Assembly: GCA_977017575.1 (NCBI GenBank)
Contig: CDRNVI010000071.1
Coordinates: forward strand, 124,001-188,000
Length of the DNA stretch: 64,000 nt
Direction: 5' to 3'
DNA from: Paramoeba atlantica
Taxonomy: Eukaryota; Protista; Discosea
Shown: piece after piece, positions 1 through 9,847 of the stretch
How the letters are laid out: every line of letters begins with the position of its first letter
Numbering within the stretch: the first letter of the stretch is position 1
The notes under the pieces: model-generated
Told to the model about the DNA's origin: nothing
The model's database searches: none
What the model saw: the letters and a program-made list of their open reading frames with translations, nothing else
Position numbers and translations under genes: made by a program

Positions 1-101
1 ACCTGGAACGCCAGCTTTCCGCACCCGTACACCTCCGGCGAGGACGATCCGCTCGATGTTTTTCTTCATCCTAGCATGCCATTCCGTGACATAATCCCAG
101 T

Positions 102-450
102 CACGCTTTACTTCTTGACTCCGAGTCCGATCAAAGTCTGCCAACCTTTTCAGACGCTTCTTCTGCGTCTTCTACTGATACCGATACGAATTCCGACCTC
201 ACCGTTTCAGCAAACGACGACCCAGACTGGGAACCTAGCGATGGGGAAAGTTCTTCGATCTGCGACGATAAGTGGAGTGAAGAAGAGAGCATTGCCATTT
301 ATGCTTCTTTCAAGGGCGTTGAGTGACATGCAAAAGAAGAAGATGAAGACTTTGCGGAGCGTTTTCGAGACGAGATGGAATTCTCTCCCGTTGAGGACTT
401 CGAAAGTGCTGTCTGTTTCGATGCGCAACTTCTGGATGATGTTTTTGCGA
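102..450 (+). pseudogene. Acidic low-complexity ORF fragment with one in-frame TGA; probably the tail of a degraded gene or transposase
   Basis: Frame 3 reads HALLLDSESDQ...KGVE*HAKEEDEDF...; no domain recognised. Confidence 0.2.
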
Positions 451-458
451 TAAAAAGG

Positions 459-760
459 ATTGCGGTGGTTGTTTACAACCTCTGCCTCTCCCTTCTTTAT
501 GGTGTCCGGGGTAGGGTGGATCCAGCAGGGTGAGAAAAGGGGGTCCAGCCCCCCCTCTATCCTCGATTTGGGCACAAATCGCGGTGCTTAAAAACGTAGA
601 TCCCGGGACTCGAACCCAGGTAGTCCAGTGGGTAAGACCTGACGTTCATAATCTGGTGGTCGCAGGTTCGACTCCCGGCGGTTATATTTTCAGCCATAGG
701 CGACGCCGTTAGTGGGAATCAATTTGCGAAGCCGAATGGGGGGTATGGTGAGGGCCCGCG
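459..760 (+). repeat. Family A variant: terminal palindrome plus tRNA-derived cassette; second copy at 61267-61570
   Basis: Begins ATTGCGGTGGTTGTTTACAACC; high identity to 61267 onward over ~290 bp. Confidence 0.8.
614..690 (+). tRNA. tRNA-Met(CAT)-like pseudogene or Pol III A/B-box cassette
   Basis: D-arm TAGTCCAGTGGGTAAGAC, loop TTCATAA, TGGTC, B-box GGTTCGACTCC; acceptor and anticodon stems pair poorly. Confidence 0.5.
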
Positions 761-848
761 TGATCTAAAAATTACAAGAACGCACAAAAATGACACATTT
801 TAGAGAAAGGACACGGTATGTTGAAAACCACTGTACAAAGGTTTGATG

Positions 849-905
849 CTGGTTCATGGTTCATGAACCAGTTTCATTGGTTCATGAACCACCAAGGTAT
901 GACTA
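849..905. repeat. Short TGGTTCATGAACCA palindromic repeat, also at 18331-18376
   Basis: Shared TTCATTGGTTCATGAACCACCAAGGTATGACT. Confidence 0.6.
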
Positions 906-969
906 AGGAGACTGTATCATCAATACCGGCCGTATTGCTTCTCCACAGAAAAAGCGGGCCGGGCGTCCC

Positions 970-2112
970 GTGAAGAAATGGAACAAGAAACGGCTTGGTT
1001 TGCTGATAGTTTGTATAGACAGTGGGGGGTTAAGCAAAACAGGAGTTTTCATGTTAAAATTCTACACAGTATCGGGACGTTCAAACAGGCCGATTTATGT
1101 TACATGTTCTCACTGCATCCGAGCACATGCAATCGTATACTACGACGAAGCGACGCAAATACCCGAATTGAATCAGTGCGTGACGCGCACGCCGCGTTGA
1201 TTGAATGGAAACACTACAAAAAAGCAAAGTCCTTACTTCCCAAGGTGATGTCACTGAATCCAGTGCATTGAACTTTAAATGCTCTTCAATGCACATATCT
1301 CAGTGTGGGTGGGGTGGAAATATCAAAGTACGTGCTACGGCATATGTTATAAATTTATTATCACAGTTTCAAGTTTCACAGTAAGGAGGGTACGCTTCTT
1401 TTAACTATGAAACAAAGAGAATCGCGGGTTGAATTCTGCAAGGCTCTTTTAGAAGAATCTTTGTCCGGGGGAATATTTTTTTGAAAAACTGGTTTTTGCT
1501 GATGAAGTTTATACAGTGTATCTTCGCTGGGGACCTTTCTCGGGGGGCATGGTAAAGTCCATTTGAGTAGAGAAAAGTCGCAGAAAAACGCATCACCCGA
1601 CCAAGTTTATGCTTTGGGGCGGCATATGCTGTATGCTTCAGGTCACATCATACATCACTGGTGTGATAATTTTGAAGACTTCTACCGCCGAGAGGCAGTT
1701 CGACCATTGTAAGACGGAGAAACTCGTGAAGTCCCTCCTCTCAATAGAAAGCTGGGAAGCCACTACTACAGACGGGAAATTTTAATACCACATTGGATTC
1801 CCTACTGCTCCAATCACCCAGATGCAGTTTATATGGATGATGGTGAACCCTCCCCGCATAGCAGTACGCACAATGCGATGGTGATCGAAAGCCTCATGTC
1901 GACGAATATCCTCGAGCTGCCTTCGCCAACATAAAGACATTTCTTTCTGTTCCATCCCCCCTAAGTGGCCTGCAGATTCTCCAGACCTCAATCCGATTTT
2001 TTGAATATTTGGAGAAAACAACTCTGTGAGATATCTCGAATGCGCTATTGTTTTCCAAAATTGGACAAATTTTACGTTTTTTAGATTCCCCACCTTTGGA
2101 CTCGCACCCCTG
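970..2112 (+). mobile_element. Degraded Tc1/mariner-like transposon
   Basis: Fragments HPTKFMLWGGIC, DGDRKPH and KWPADSPDLNPI; 3' end CCCCTG|TA shared with 23089 and 37730. Confidence 0.7.
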
Positions 2113-2259
2113 TACATTACGATACATAGATTACTTACTCAAACTAAAGGGATAAAAGCACACAAACCTCTGCTCACGATGCTAAAGGGGGGGTCACCTA
2201 TTATCACACTTTAGATGAGGTTCAAGTTTTACTAAGACTGATTAACAATCACATGATTT

Positions 2260-2826
2260 TTATTTGCGCTTAAAATAAAGATCTAATATTTCGTCAAGGA
2301 ATGCTTGACTTTGTGTGCGATAGATTTCGGCTTCGTCGGTAAGGGTTTTACGTTCGGCAGGTGAGAGGCATCTATATTCTTCTGCTACACGTTTCGTAAC
2401 CGCACGAAGCAAAGATTTTGTGTCCTCGGTATTCTTCCTTTCTTCAGCATATATAGCCTTTGAACGTTTCCTCCTAAATAAATCATAGTTTTTGCAGACT
2501 ATATTCCTCACCCGCATCTTTAGTAATTTCTTTTTTTCCGTATTGTCGACAGCAATCTTTTGAAGAAGTTGTAGTTCATTTGGTGAAATCCTATTAAAAT
2601 CCTCGTGCATCTTCTTAAGTTGATTTAGAAGAAAGGTATCTCTCGTACCTTGAAAAAATTTTGATAGATAAGCTGTTTTTGCCGTAGATGGCAGTGATTG
2701 CTCACCCCAGGGTCTTCTCAGCGCTTTGCGGCGCAGTCTTATCCATTTTGACGTCCGATGACTCGCAACCAATGGGTCAAAATTCCATTGTTCGAAATTC
2801 CATTGTATGAATGAACGATTAAACAT
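2260..2826 (-). CDS. Kinetoplast-associated (KAP-like) basic HMG-box-like protein, 188 aa
   Basis: Presequence-like N-terminus; RRPWG motif and NYDLF...IYAEER segment; clear paralog of 58482-58982. Confidence 0.7.
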   Translation of the reverse strand: MFNRSFIQWNFEQWNFDPLVASHRTSKWIRLRRKALRRPWGEQSLPSTAKTAYLSKFFQGTRDTFLLNQLKKMHEDFNRISPNELQLLQKIAVDNTEKKKLLKMRVRNIVCKNYDLFRRKRSKAIYAEERKNTEDTKSLLRAVTKRVAEEYRCLSPAERKTLTDEAEIYRTQSQAFLDEILDLYFKRK

Positions 2827-2876
2827 TATTTAATAAAATGTAAGGATCAAAAGCCGAGAAGCAGTCTATTACATAC

Positions 2877-3071
2877 ATGTAACCCAGGCTAAAGCGGACG
2901 AGGGGATACTAATAGCACAGGTACGGCAGTTTCTCACAGAAAAAAACGGTATCTCCCTTGTGGCATGTGAGCCTGAAGGCGGATACAAAGGTGGAGATAC
3001 CTTTTTTCCTGTAGGGAACTGTCGCACCTGTACTATTATTATCCCTTCATCCACCTTAGCCTGGGCTACAT
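2877..3071. mobile_element. ~195-bp foldback MITE
   Basis: ATGTAACCCAGGCTAA...TTAGCCTGGGCTACAT with imperfect pairing throughout. Confidence 0.7.
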
Positions 3072-3649
3072 AGCCATCGAGACATGTTCCCTAGGGCTCC
3101 TTACAGCTTCTCCGGACTGAAAAATTTCATTACTGGTGAAGGGGCACATGGGGAGCAATGTTTAATACACGCATATCAACAAGCAACAAGGTGCTGAGCA
3201 CCACTCAACAAGGTGCATAACACCCAGCAAGGTTTAAAAGTCTGAATCAGAAAAACAAAATAGGAAAAAAAAACATTAATGAGAAGGTTTTCAAAAAATC
3301 TTCAAAACATATTAAGAAATCCGATTACTTATGTTTACATGAGGGAAAAACAATGCCAACCTTAAGAATGAGCGGAAAAAACCCAAGTAAACATGATATG
3401 AAAACATACTAAACGTTCTTAATGATATCAAAACCTTAGTCAATATCAGTAACGTGATTTGGTTGGATAAAACCTTTCAATACATCTATCTTGTAACTTC
3501 TGCGGATACGTCGTAATCGATTCGTCCTTTCGCAGTGACGTCGTATTTTTTCTTCCGGAGAGAAATATTTTGAATTTCGTTGATGAACAGACCGACAACC
3601 GACTAAAATGTTTGGGAAGATTTTGGCGAAAATCTAAAAACAAAAAATT

Positions 3650-4400
3650 ATTCCGTTAATTATTACCGTGAAAACATTAATTAAGAATAACATAAATTAA
3701 GGTAACTTTTTTTTGGCACATAATTATTACCTTAATTTCTGGTACCTTAATTATTGGTACCTTAATTATTATTTGGAGCTCATATTTCCGATGTCGATAT
3801 CCTTCGAAACTTGAACAAAATTCAGTTGTAAGTATCTACAACACCTGTAACCTTTTCGAACATGGGTCTGTACCTTGTACGATTTTTGAATGCACGCAGA
3901 TAGATTCTAAGTTGAAAATAACCACCGCCTTTCACGAGGCGACTAGAATAGAAATTAATTATTACAGCAGATTTTCGGAAAAATAAGTGACACATAATTA
4001 TTACCTTAATTTCTGGTAACTTAATTTCTGGTACCTTAATTTTAATTACCTTAATAAGTGTTTTGACGGTAGAATAGAAATTAATTATTACAGCAGATTT
4101 TCGGAAAAATAAGTGACACATAATTATTACCTTAATTTCTGGTAACTTAATTTCTGGTACCTTAATTTTAATTACCTTAATAAATGTTTTGACGGTAGAA
4201 TAGAAATTAATTATTACAGCAGATTTTCGGAAAAATGAGTGACACATAATTATTACCTTAATTTCTGGTACCTTAATTTTAATTACCTTAATAAGTGTTT
4301 TGAGTCAAAACACTTATAAAAATTAACGGTATTCCGTTATCAAATTGACGGTATTCCGTTAATTATTATTCCAATGATTTTTATTCCGTTAATAAGTACT
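3650..4400. repeat. AT-rich repeat region containing ~3 tandem 126-bp units (about 3943-4290)
   Basis: 42-codon periodicity in the translation; TAATTTCTGGTACCT subrepeats. Confidence 0.8.
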
Positions 4401-4405
4401 TTGAC

Positions 4406-4645
4406 GGTACTAAGTGGGTACGGTATACTAAATTTTGTCTAAAAACCAAAAAAAAATATATCGCGTTCCTTCTCTGTAGTTGCTAGAAAAATGGTGCCTT
4501 GACCTTAAAATGCGATCTCTTACCTGGGGATTGCTAGAAATGTTGCTCTGTCGCTTCTAAAAAAGGGACGTCTCCCGCTGCTGTTGCTGGGAGGGGGGGG
4601 TAGGTATACTAAGTGGGCATGGGTATATTATCCTGGAACATGGTT
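4406..4645. mobile_element. Truncated MITE E copy (full copy at 62421-62706)
   Basis: High similarity to the full copy; right TIR TATCCTGGAACATGGTT|TA. Confidence 0.8.
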
Positions 4646-5014
4646 TATATTGAAAACAACCGCCATGTTTAACGAAGCGACTAAAAAGGATCATATTCAT
4701 AACCGTAGCTATAAAGTCACAAAAATGGCTATGCATGATGACCCCAATTTACCAGTACTGTACGTGTGATGAGCGTTTAAGTATTGAATGTAAAAGAAGT
4801 CCAGAATATAATGAACCGGGCGACATCTAACCGATTTTGTGTAACGCTAACCTCCCTGACTAGGTTAGAAAAAAGTGAAGACGAAGTACCGTACCCTGGA
4901 GCCCTACAGCAGTAGGGGGTAATTACCACATGCGTGGTACTTAGTACATTCATAACGAATTCGGTCGAAAGATTTTGCAATCAACAACAAAGCACTGAAA
5001 GAGCAATTTCCGAG

Positions 5015-5699
5015 CTATTTCTGTTGATTCATGAGATACTTGATAAAATCTAGGGCCCGTGAACGGCGCTTCGCGGCTTCCATTGAGAGGTATTTGTGCT
5101 CACGAGGTGACAACCTCCGATAATTCGCAGCTATTTTCTTTGAAACTGCGGCAAATAATTTTTTACCGTCCTTAAACGTTTTGCGTCGTGCATTACATAC
5201 TCTTTTCCAATTGTTTTCCGTAAACAAGCCGTAAGAAGTGCAACGTGCATCGCTTATTTTCTTTTTTAAAAATCTTTTCCTCTGCGCATTCGCGGAAGCA
5301 ATTTTTCTTAAAGATTTAGCATCAACCTTGGATATGTTTTTAAACGCTTCATGTGCATTTTTGAATTTAGCTTTCCCTCTTTTGCCCTTGAGAAACCTTG
5401 ACATAAAGACTGCTTGCACACTAGAGGGTAGAACTTGTGAACCCCACGGCTTCTTCAGAAGTTTTGGGCACGCCTTTCCATTGTTTAAAGTGAATCGTGA
5501 TATAGAGAAATGAAACGTTTTTAAACGCTTCATGTGCATTGTTGAATTTAGCTTTCCCTCTTTTGCCCTTGAGAAACCTTGACATAAAGACTGCTTGCAC
5601 ACTAGAGGGTAGAACTTGTGAACCCCACGGCTTCTTCAGAAGTTTTGGGCACGCCTTTCCATTGTTTAAAGTGAATCGTGATATAGAGAAGTGAAACAT
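5015..5699 (-). CDS. KAP-like gene with an out-of-frame ~181-bp tandem duplication of its 5' part
   Basis: MFHFSISR starts at 5699; near-identical units at about 5336-5516 and 5517-5697; an in-frame ATG at 5539 could give a full-length product. Confidence 0.65.
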
Positions 5700-5772
5700 A
5701 AGCAACAGAAAATCTTTACGTATTCCTATGAAGTTCAACATATTTTTCCTCTTTCCGTATATGATTGGTACT

Positions 5773-5997
5773 CTACCCCTCTGCCTATGAGTTCCCTTGT
5801 TTGAGAAAAAGAAACTCATAAGCATACCAGACCAGAATTCGAGCCATAAAAGTGCAAAAATTCGAGCCCGCGGCGCTTCGCGTCGCAGGTTCTCCTTCAC
5901 AATGATACTGGTGCTAAAAAGACTAGCCGCTCGGTGAGCGAGTCCGTAGAGCAGCCTGACGTATAGTTGTTGGGAAATTTATGAATTTTTGTTCAGT
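5773..5997. mobile_element. Partial MITE F (full copy at 33715-33998)
   Basis: Shared CTATGAGTTCCC end and the GAGCAGCCTGACGTA...GAATTTTTGTTCAGTG block. Confidence 0.7.
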
Positions 5998-6045
5998 GAG
6001 TTTCAGATTTCATTCAGAAGGTGTAATATCATTAATAAAGATACA

Positions 6046-6635
6046 GTACATCAATACTAAAGATACAGTTTCTGTACCTTGTTGGTACATTTTCCCTTTA
6101 GTTCATCTTTTCTTTCCCCGGCAACGGGCATAATCTTACTGTTTTATATGCCCGTTGCCGGCCGGCACTAAGGCCGAAACTGTCCCTCTTTCTCGGCGAA
6201 GTAGGGGACGCGCTTCCACCCCATCACCCCTCCCCGGCTCACTCCTTGAGTGGGTTTTCTTCCCTCCCCGGCTTTCTTCCCTTCGCGCCCTTTTCTTCCC
6301 GGGGAGCCATGCGCCATGGTGGCCTCCCTTGAGGACCACTGGGCGTGGCTCTGCCTCGCATTATCGCGAGGCAGCGGTCGGTTGCAGTGCGCCCCTCCGG
6401 CTGCGTAAAGAGGTGGTGAGTTGCCTGGACCACCTCTACCGACTGGGACCGAGTCGGTTGCAGTGCGCCCCTCCGGCTGCGTAAAGAGAGGGCGAGTTGC
6501 CTGGACCCCCTCTACCGACAGAGTCCGAGCTAAACCCCCTTGGTGCGACATCCGTCAATACGGATTGTGCCGATGATATCGGCTGTCGCATCCAGGGCTG
6601 TATCTCTGCTCCAACGAGCGCATGAACATCAAAAC
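6046..6635 (+). mobile_element. SL-exon-headed dispersed element (family B, subfamily 2)
   Basis: AAAGATACAGTTTCTGTACCTTGTTG|GTAC at 6059-6088; homologous to the minus strand of 28837-29449; internal ~76-bp tandem duplication. Confidence 0.75.
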
Positions 6636-6903
6636 TGTGTACCGTCAATACTGCATACCATCACCACTGTAACCCCCTCGCTAATACACAAGTATGCACA
6701 TTTCTGTATATACACTGTACATACAGTAACGTTTCTGTATGAGTGTAAGTGTCTTGTTGTTGCAATTGCTGTTACAATGACGTAGTATTGACAAACACCG
6801 TACAGTCGTCAGCAATCAGAAATCTCTTTGTTCATTTCGCATCGTCTAAAAAACGAGCAGTCACCAGGAAGACCCATTCCGCAGAGTCACGAAACGCATT
6901 GCC

Positions 6904-7938
6904 TCACCCCTTGCCACCCACTCCCTGCGGAAGAATTTGGAACGTTGAGAAAACGGGACCCAAGTCCACACATTGATTAGGAGTTATCTTTTCCTCCCGA
7001 GGTTGGAGTGGGGTGTTACGTTCGTGAACGTTTCGAGGCACTACCCCAGCGGTAGCCATATTACCCTCTTCTCCGGGAATGGTACTCAGGACACGTTTCG
7101 CCATGGTAGAGACGTGTCCGGCAACGTCAAATGTGGAGCCGGAGCCCAGACACAAGCGTACAGCCCCGCTGGCATGGACACGAAGTTTCCCCACCTTGCC
7201 CTGCAGTCGGTGAGAGGAAGAACCCGAGGACGCCTCCATCTCCTTCTGAGTCCCCGTACCCGGAGGTACTGAATCTAATCCCTTAGGAAGGCAAAATAGC
7301 GTAAGCGGAGAGGGACCACTCTCCCCATTCTCGGGATAACCCATCGAGGATAAAATGTCACGTATTCGTGTCCTCTCCATTTCCTCGGGCGTTACCTCAG
7401 TATCTTTTTGTGTTTCCGACTCAGGCAAAATGTTGGGCAGGAACTCGGAGAGCGGGGAGGACTCGCGGTATTCCTCCGGCAATAACGCGGCAGAGGCGGT
7501 GCTGCTTTTTCCGCGACCATGAAATTCTGCCTTTTTATCCTTTTTGGTGGCTCCTCTTCCACTCTTACGGTCGTTTAACCCCTCGCCCTTCTCCTTGTGG
7601 CTCCCTGAGGCGTCTTCCTGGGATACTTTTAAGTCCCGAAAAGAATGCGGTTGAGTTTTCCCTCCTGGAATGATTTCTCGTAGCAGGGCTCGCGTGACCT
7701 CCTGGGCTTGCTGCCGTTCACGCGTGCCGGTTTGCAGAAAAGCATACCCGATCTCAGGGTCGTTTTCATGTGCAAATTTACGCTGCGAGGTGCGTAGCGA
7801 GGGTCGGGGCATTACTTCAATCGGGAGTTCTCCCGAGTAGGTGAGGGTGGAGGGAGGGAGCGCGAGCTGTTCATCCGGTGAAGTGCTGGTTGAGGGATTT
7901 TCCGGAATAGGGGAAGTGGGCGGGGAAGGAGAAGACAT
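6904..7938 (-). CDS. RPC4: RNA polymerase III subunit RPC4 (C53)-like
   Basis: C-terminal LFCLP...GKVGKLRVHASGAVRLCLG...FDV...LGPV pattern. Confidence 0.7.
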   Translation of the reverse strand: MSSPSPPTSPIPENPSTSTSPDEQLALPPSTLTYSGELPIEVMPRPSLRTSQRKFAHENDPEIGYAFLQTGTRERQQAQEVTRALLREIIPGGKTQPHSFRDLKVSQEDASGSHKEKGEGLNDRKSGRGATKKDKKAEFHGRGKSSTASAALLPEEYRESSPLSEFLPNILPESETQKDTEVTPEEMERTRIRDILSSMGYPENGESGPSPLTLFCLPKGLDSVPPGTGTQKEMEASSGSSSHRLQGKVGKLRVHASGAVRLCLGSGSTFDVAGHVSTMAKRVLSTIPGEEGNMATAGVVPRNVHERNTPLQPREEKITPNQCVDLGPVFSTFQILPQGVGGKG

Positions 7939-8579
7939 GGTAAGAAATACGCGTGGAGTAGATTTTCGCTGCCCGTTTTGTGTGAAAAGGAGCTGCGAAA
8001 AAGATTGCCGTCTTGTTGCAGAAAAGCGTATGCTGAAGAGTAAAAGTAGGACTAGTGAAAGAGTTTAGAGAGAAATGAGAGGAAAAGATAGTGTAGAAAG
8101 AGAGCTGTTTGTAATTAAGACCCGTAAAGTGCCCTTTTTGGCCCATCTTAGTGTGTTTCACGCATGAAAATATTTTTTTTGAGTTCTGTGAGAAAAGAAC
8201 GAGCAGATGGGAAAACGTACAAATCGTAAATAGGCAGTCTCTACAGTAAAAAACAGTCTAACTGCAGTAATGTAAAATGGTACTGAACACCGTTCTCCGA
8301 TCTTCCAATCCTCACAGTGTATGCCGATTGACAGCACTGAATCCCCCCTTCACAGTAACAAAAAAGGTTTAAATGGAACCATTTTAGCCAATCAAAAAAT
8401 GTTATACGGCCCTTCCTTCATATTCATCTATTTACTTATTCTTCACTGTTTTCTCAATATGCAACCATGAGAACCAAAGACGAATAATTTTTTCTGAACC
8501 TTTTTATATCCTTTTTACTCACACGTCCTCTTTGCGTGATTTACACACAATCCCCCAAAAAACAAGCCCCCCACCCCCC

Positions 8580-9410
8580 TCAAAACTGCCCCCGCCCCCG
8601 CCCTCGATACCCTGCCGCACCCCGTCCCCGACCATACCCCCCACGCCCTCTCCCCGGCGCCATCATCATCCCACCCCCCGGATAATGACCCGGGTACCCC
8701 CCACGCACAAACCCCACAGGCGGAGGGGGACCCCCCATCCCCATCTCCCCCCCTCCCCCCATCTGTTGTTGTTGCTGCTGCTGCTGCTGCGCCCCCATCA
8801 GGTAACTCATCATCAGCAGCCCCATCGGGTCCGCGGGGGGGGTTGTTGCCGCTGCTGCCACTGTCGGGGGCAGCGCGCCCTGTCCCGCGTGCCCCCTCTT
8901 CCTCCCGGGCACGTTGCTGCGCTTCGGGGCGACCGCGAGCGTGCGGGCGCGGAGCAGCGCGAGGTGCTTGGTGCGCACCGCGGCCTCGGCCCCCGCGCGC
9001 TCGCGGAAGCACACGTAGGCGCGCCCGGTGGGGAGCAGCGTGTGGCTGTCGTGGAGCAGCGTGACGCGGTCGACGGGGCCGCAGTCGGATAAGTGGTTCG
9101 CGAGCTCCTCCTCGCTGGTGTTCCAGTCCAGGCCGCGGACGTAGACGGAGCGCGCGTCGGACTCGAGCTGCGCCGGGGTGGGGGTGGGGACGGGGAGGGG
9201 CGCATCGACAGTGTCGGTTTCGGAAGACGTGGGGGTCGTGGTGGTCGTCGCTGTGGTCGTCATGGTGGTGGTGGTGGGTTCAGAAGGTGCCGGGGGGGCT
9301 ACGGTTGAGGTCAGGGGGTCGGTGTCCATGGCGTGGGGGGTTTCGGAGGGGGAGGTACGGTCTTGGAGTTGTTTTTTGAGGGCTGCGATTTGTTGATCAA
9401 TTTCGTCCAT
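8580..9410 (-). CDS. PABPN1: Nuclear poly(A)-binding protein (single RRM plus RGG tail)
   Basis: DARSVYVRGLDW...CGPVDRVTLL...GRAYVCF...VAPKRSNVPG; N-terminal coiled coil; GRG repeats. Confidence 0.85.
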   Translation of the reverse strand: MDEIDQQIAALKKQLQDRTSPSETPHAMDTDPLTSTVAPPAPSEPTTTTMTTTATTTTTPTSSETDTVDAPLPVPTPTPAQLESDARSVYVRGLDWNTSEEELANHLSDCGPVDRVTLLHDSHTLLPTGRAYVCFRERAGAEAAVRTKHLALLRARTLAVAPKRSNVPGRKRGHAGQGALPPTVAAAATTPPADPMGLLMMSYLMGAQQQQQQQQQMGGGGEMGMGGPPPPVGFVRGGYPGHYPGGGMMMAPGRGRGGYGRGRGAAGYRGRGRGQF

Positions 9411-9847
9411 GGGTGGTGAGAGAGAGAGAGAGAGGGTTGGGAGAGGGTGTGGGGGAAAGGGGGGAGGAGGTGATGGGGTGTAGGAAAGAGAAAAAAAGAA
9501 TGGGAGAGAGGGAGAAAGGAAAGGGGTTGGGTGAGAGGTGAGAAATAAGGAAAAAGCGTGTGGATGTAGAATATAGAATAAAAAAAGAATAACAAGTCGA
9601 ACGAGTGACGCAAATTTTCTGGGCTCATTGTTTGGGTTACGTGTTAGAATAAGGCCTCAGCCCTATCCGTACCCTCTACGTTGAACAGAACATTGATGTG
9701 GTTACGTGGCAGTGTATGAAGAGTCGAAACACGAAAAAGGAAAACAGGGGGTAGGACTTCAAGACTTCTCCTGTCGTTCAGCTCCTTTCTCTGATCTGTA
9801 ATTCAACGCCCCGCTTCTTCTGCCTTCGTAGTCTCATCTCTACTTGG

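Noticed and set aside
614-690. Functional tRNA-Met gene
   Set aside because: Acceptor and anticodon stems do not pair properly; kept only as a tRNA-derived cassette
6046-6652. TCAATACT at both ends (6051-6058 and 6645-6652) as a definite TSD of the SL element
   Set aside because: A similar string occurs inside the element and the clean 28837 insertion has no TSD; left unresolved
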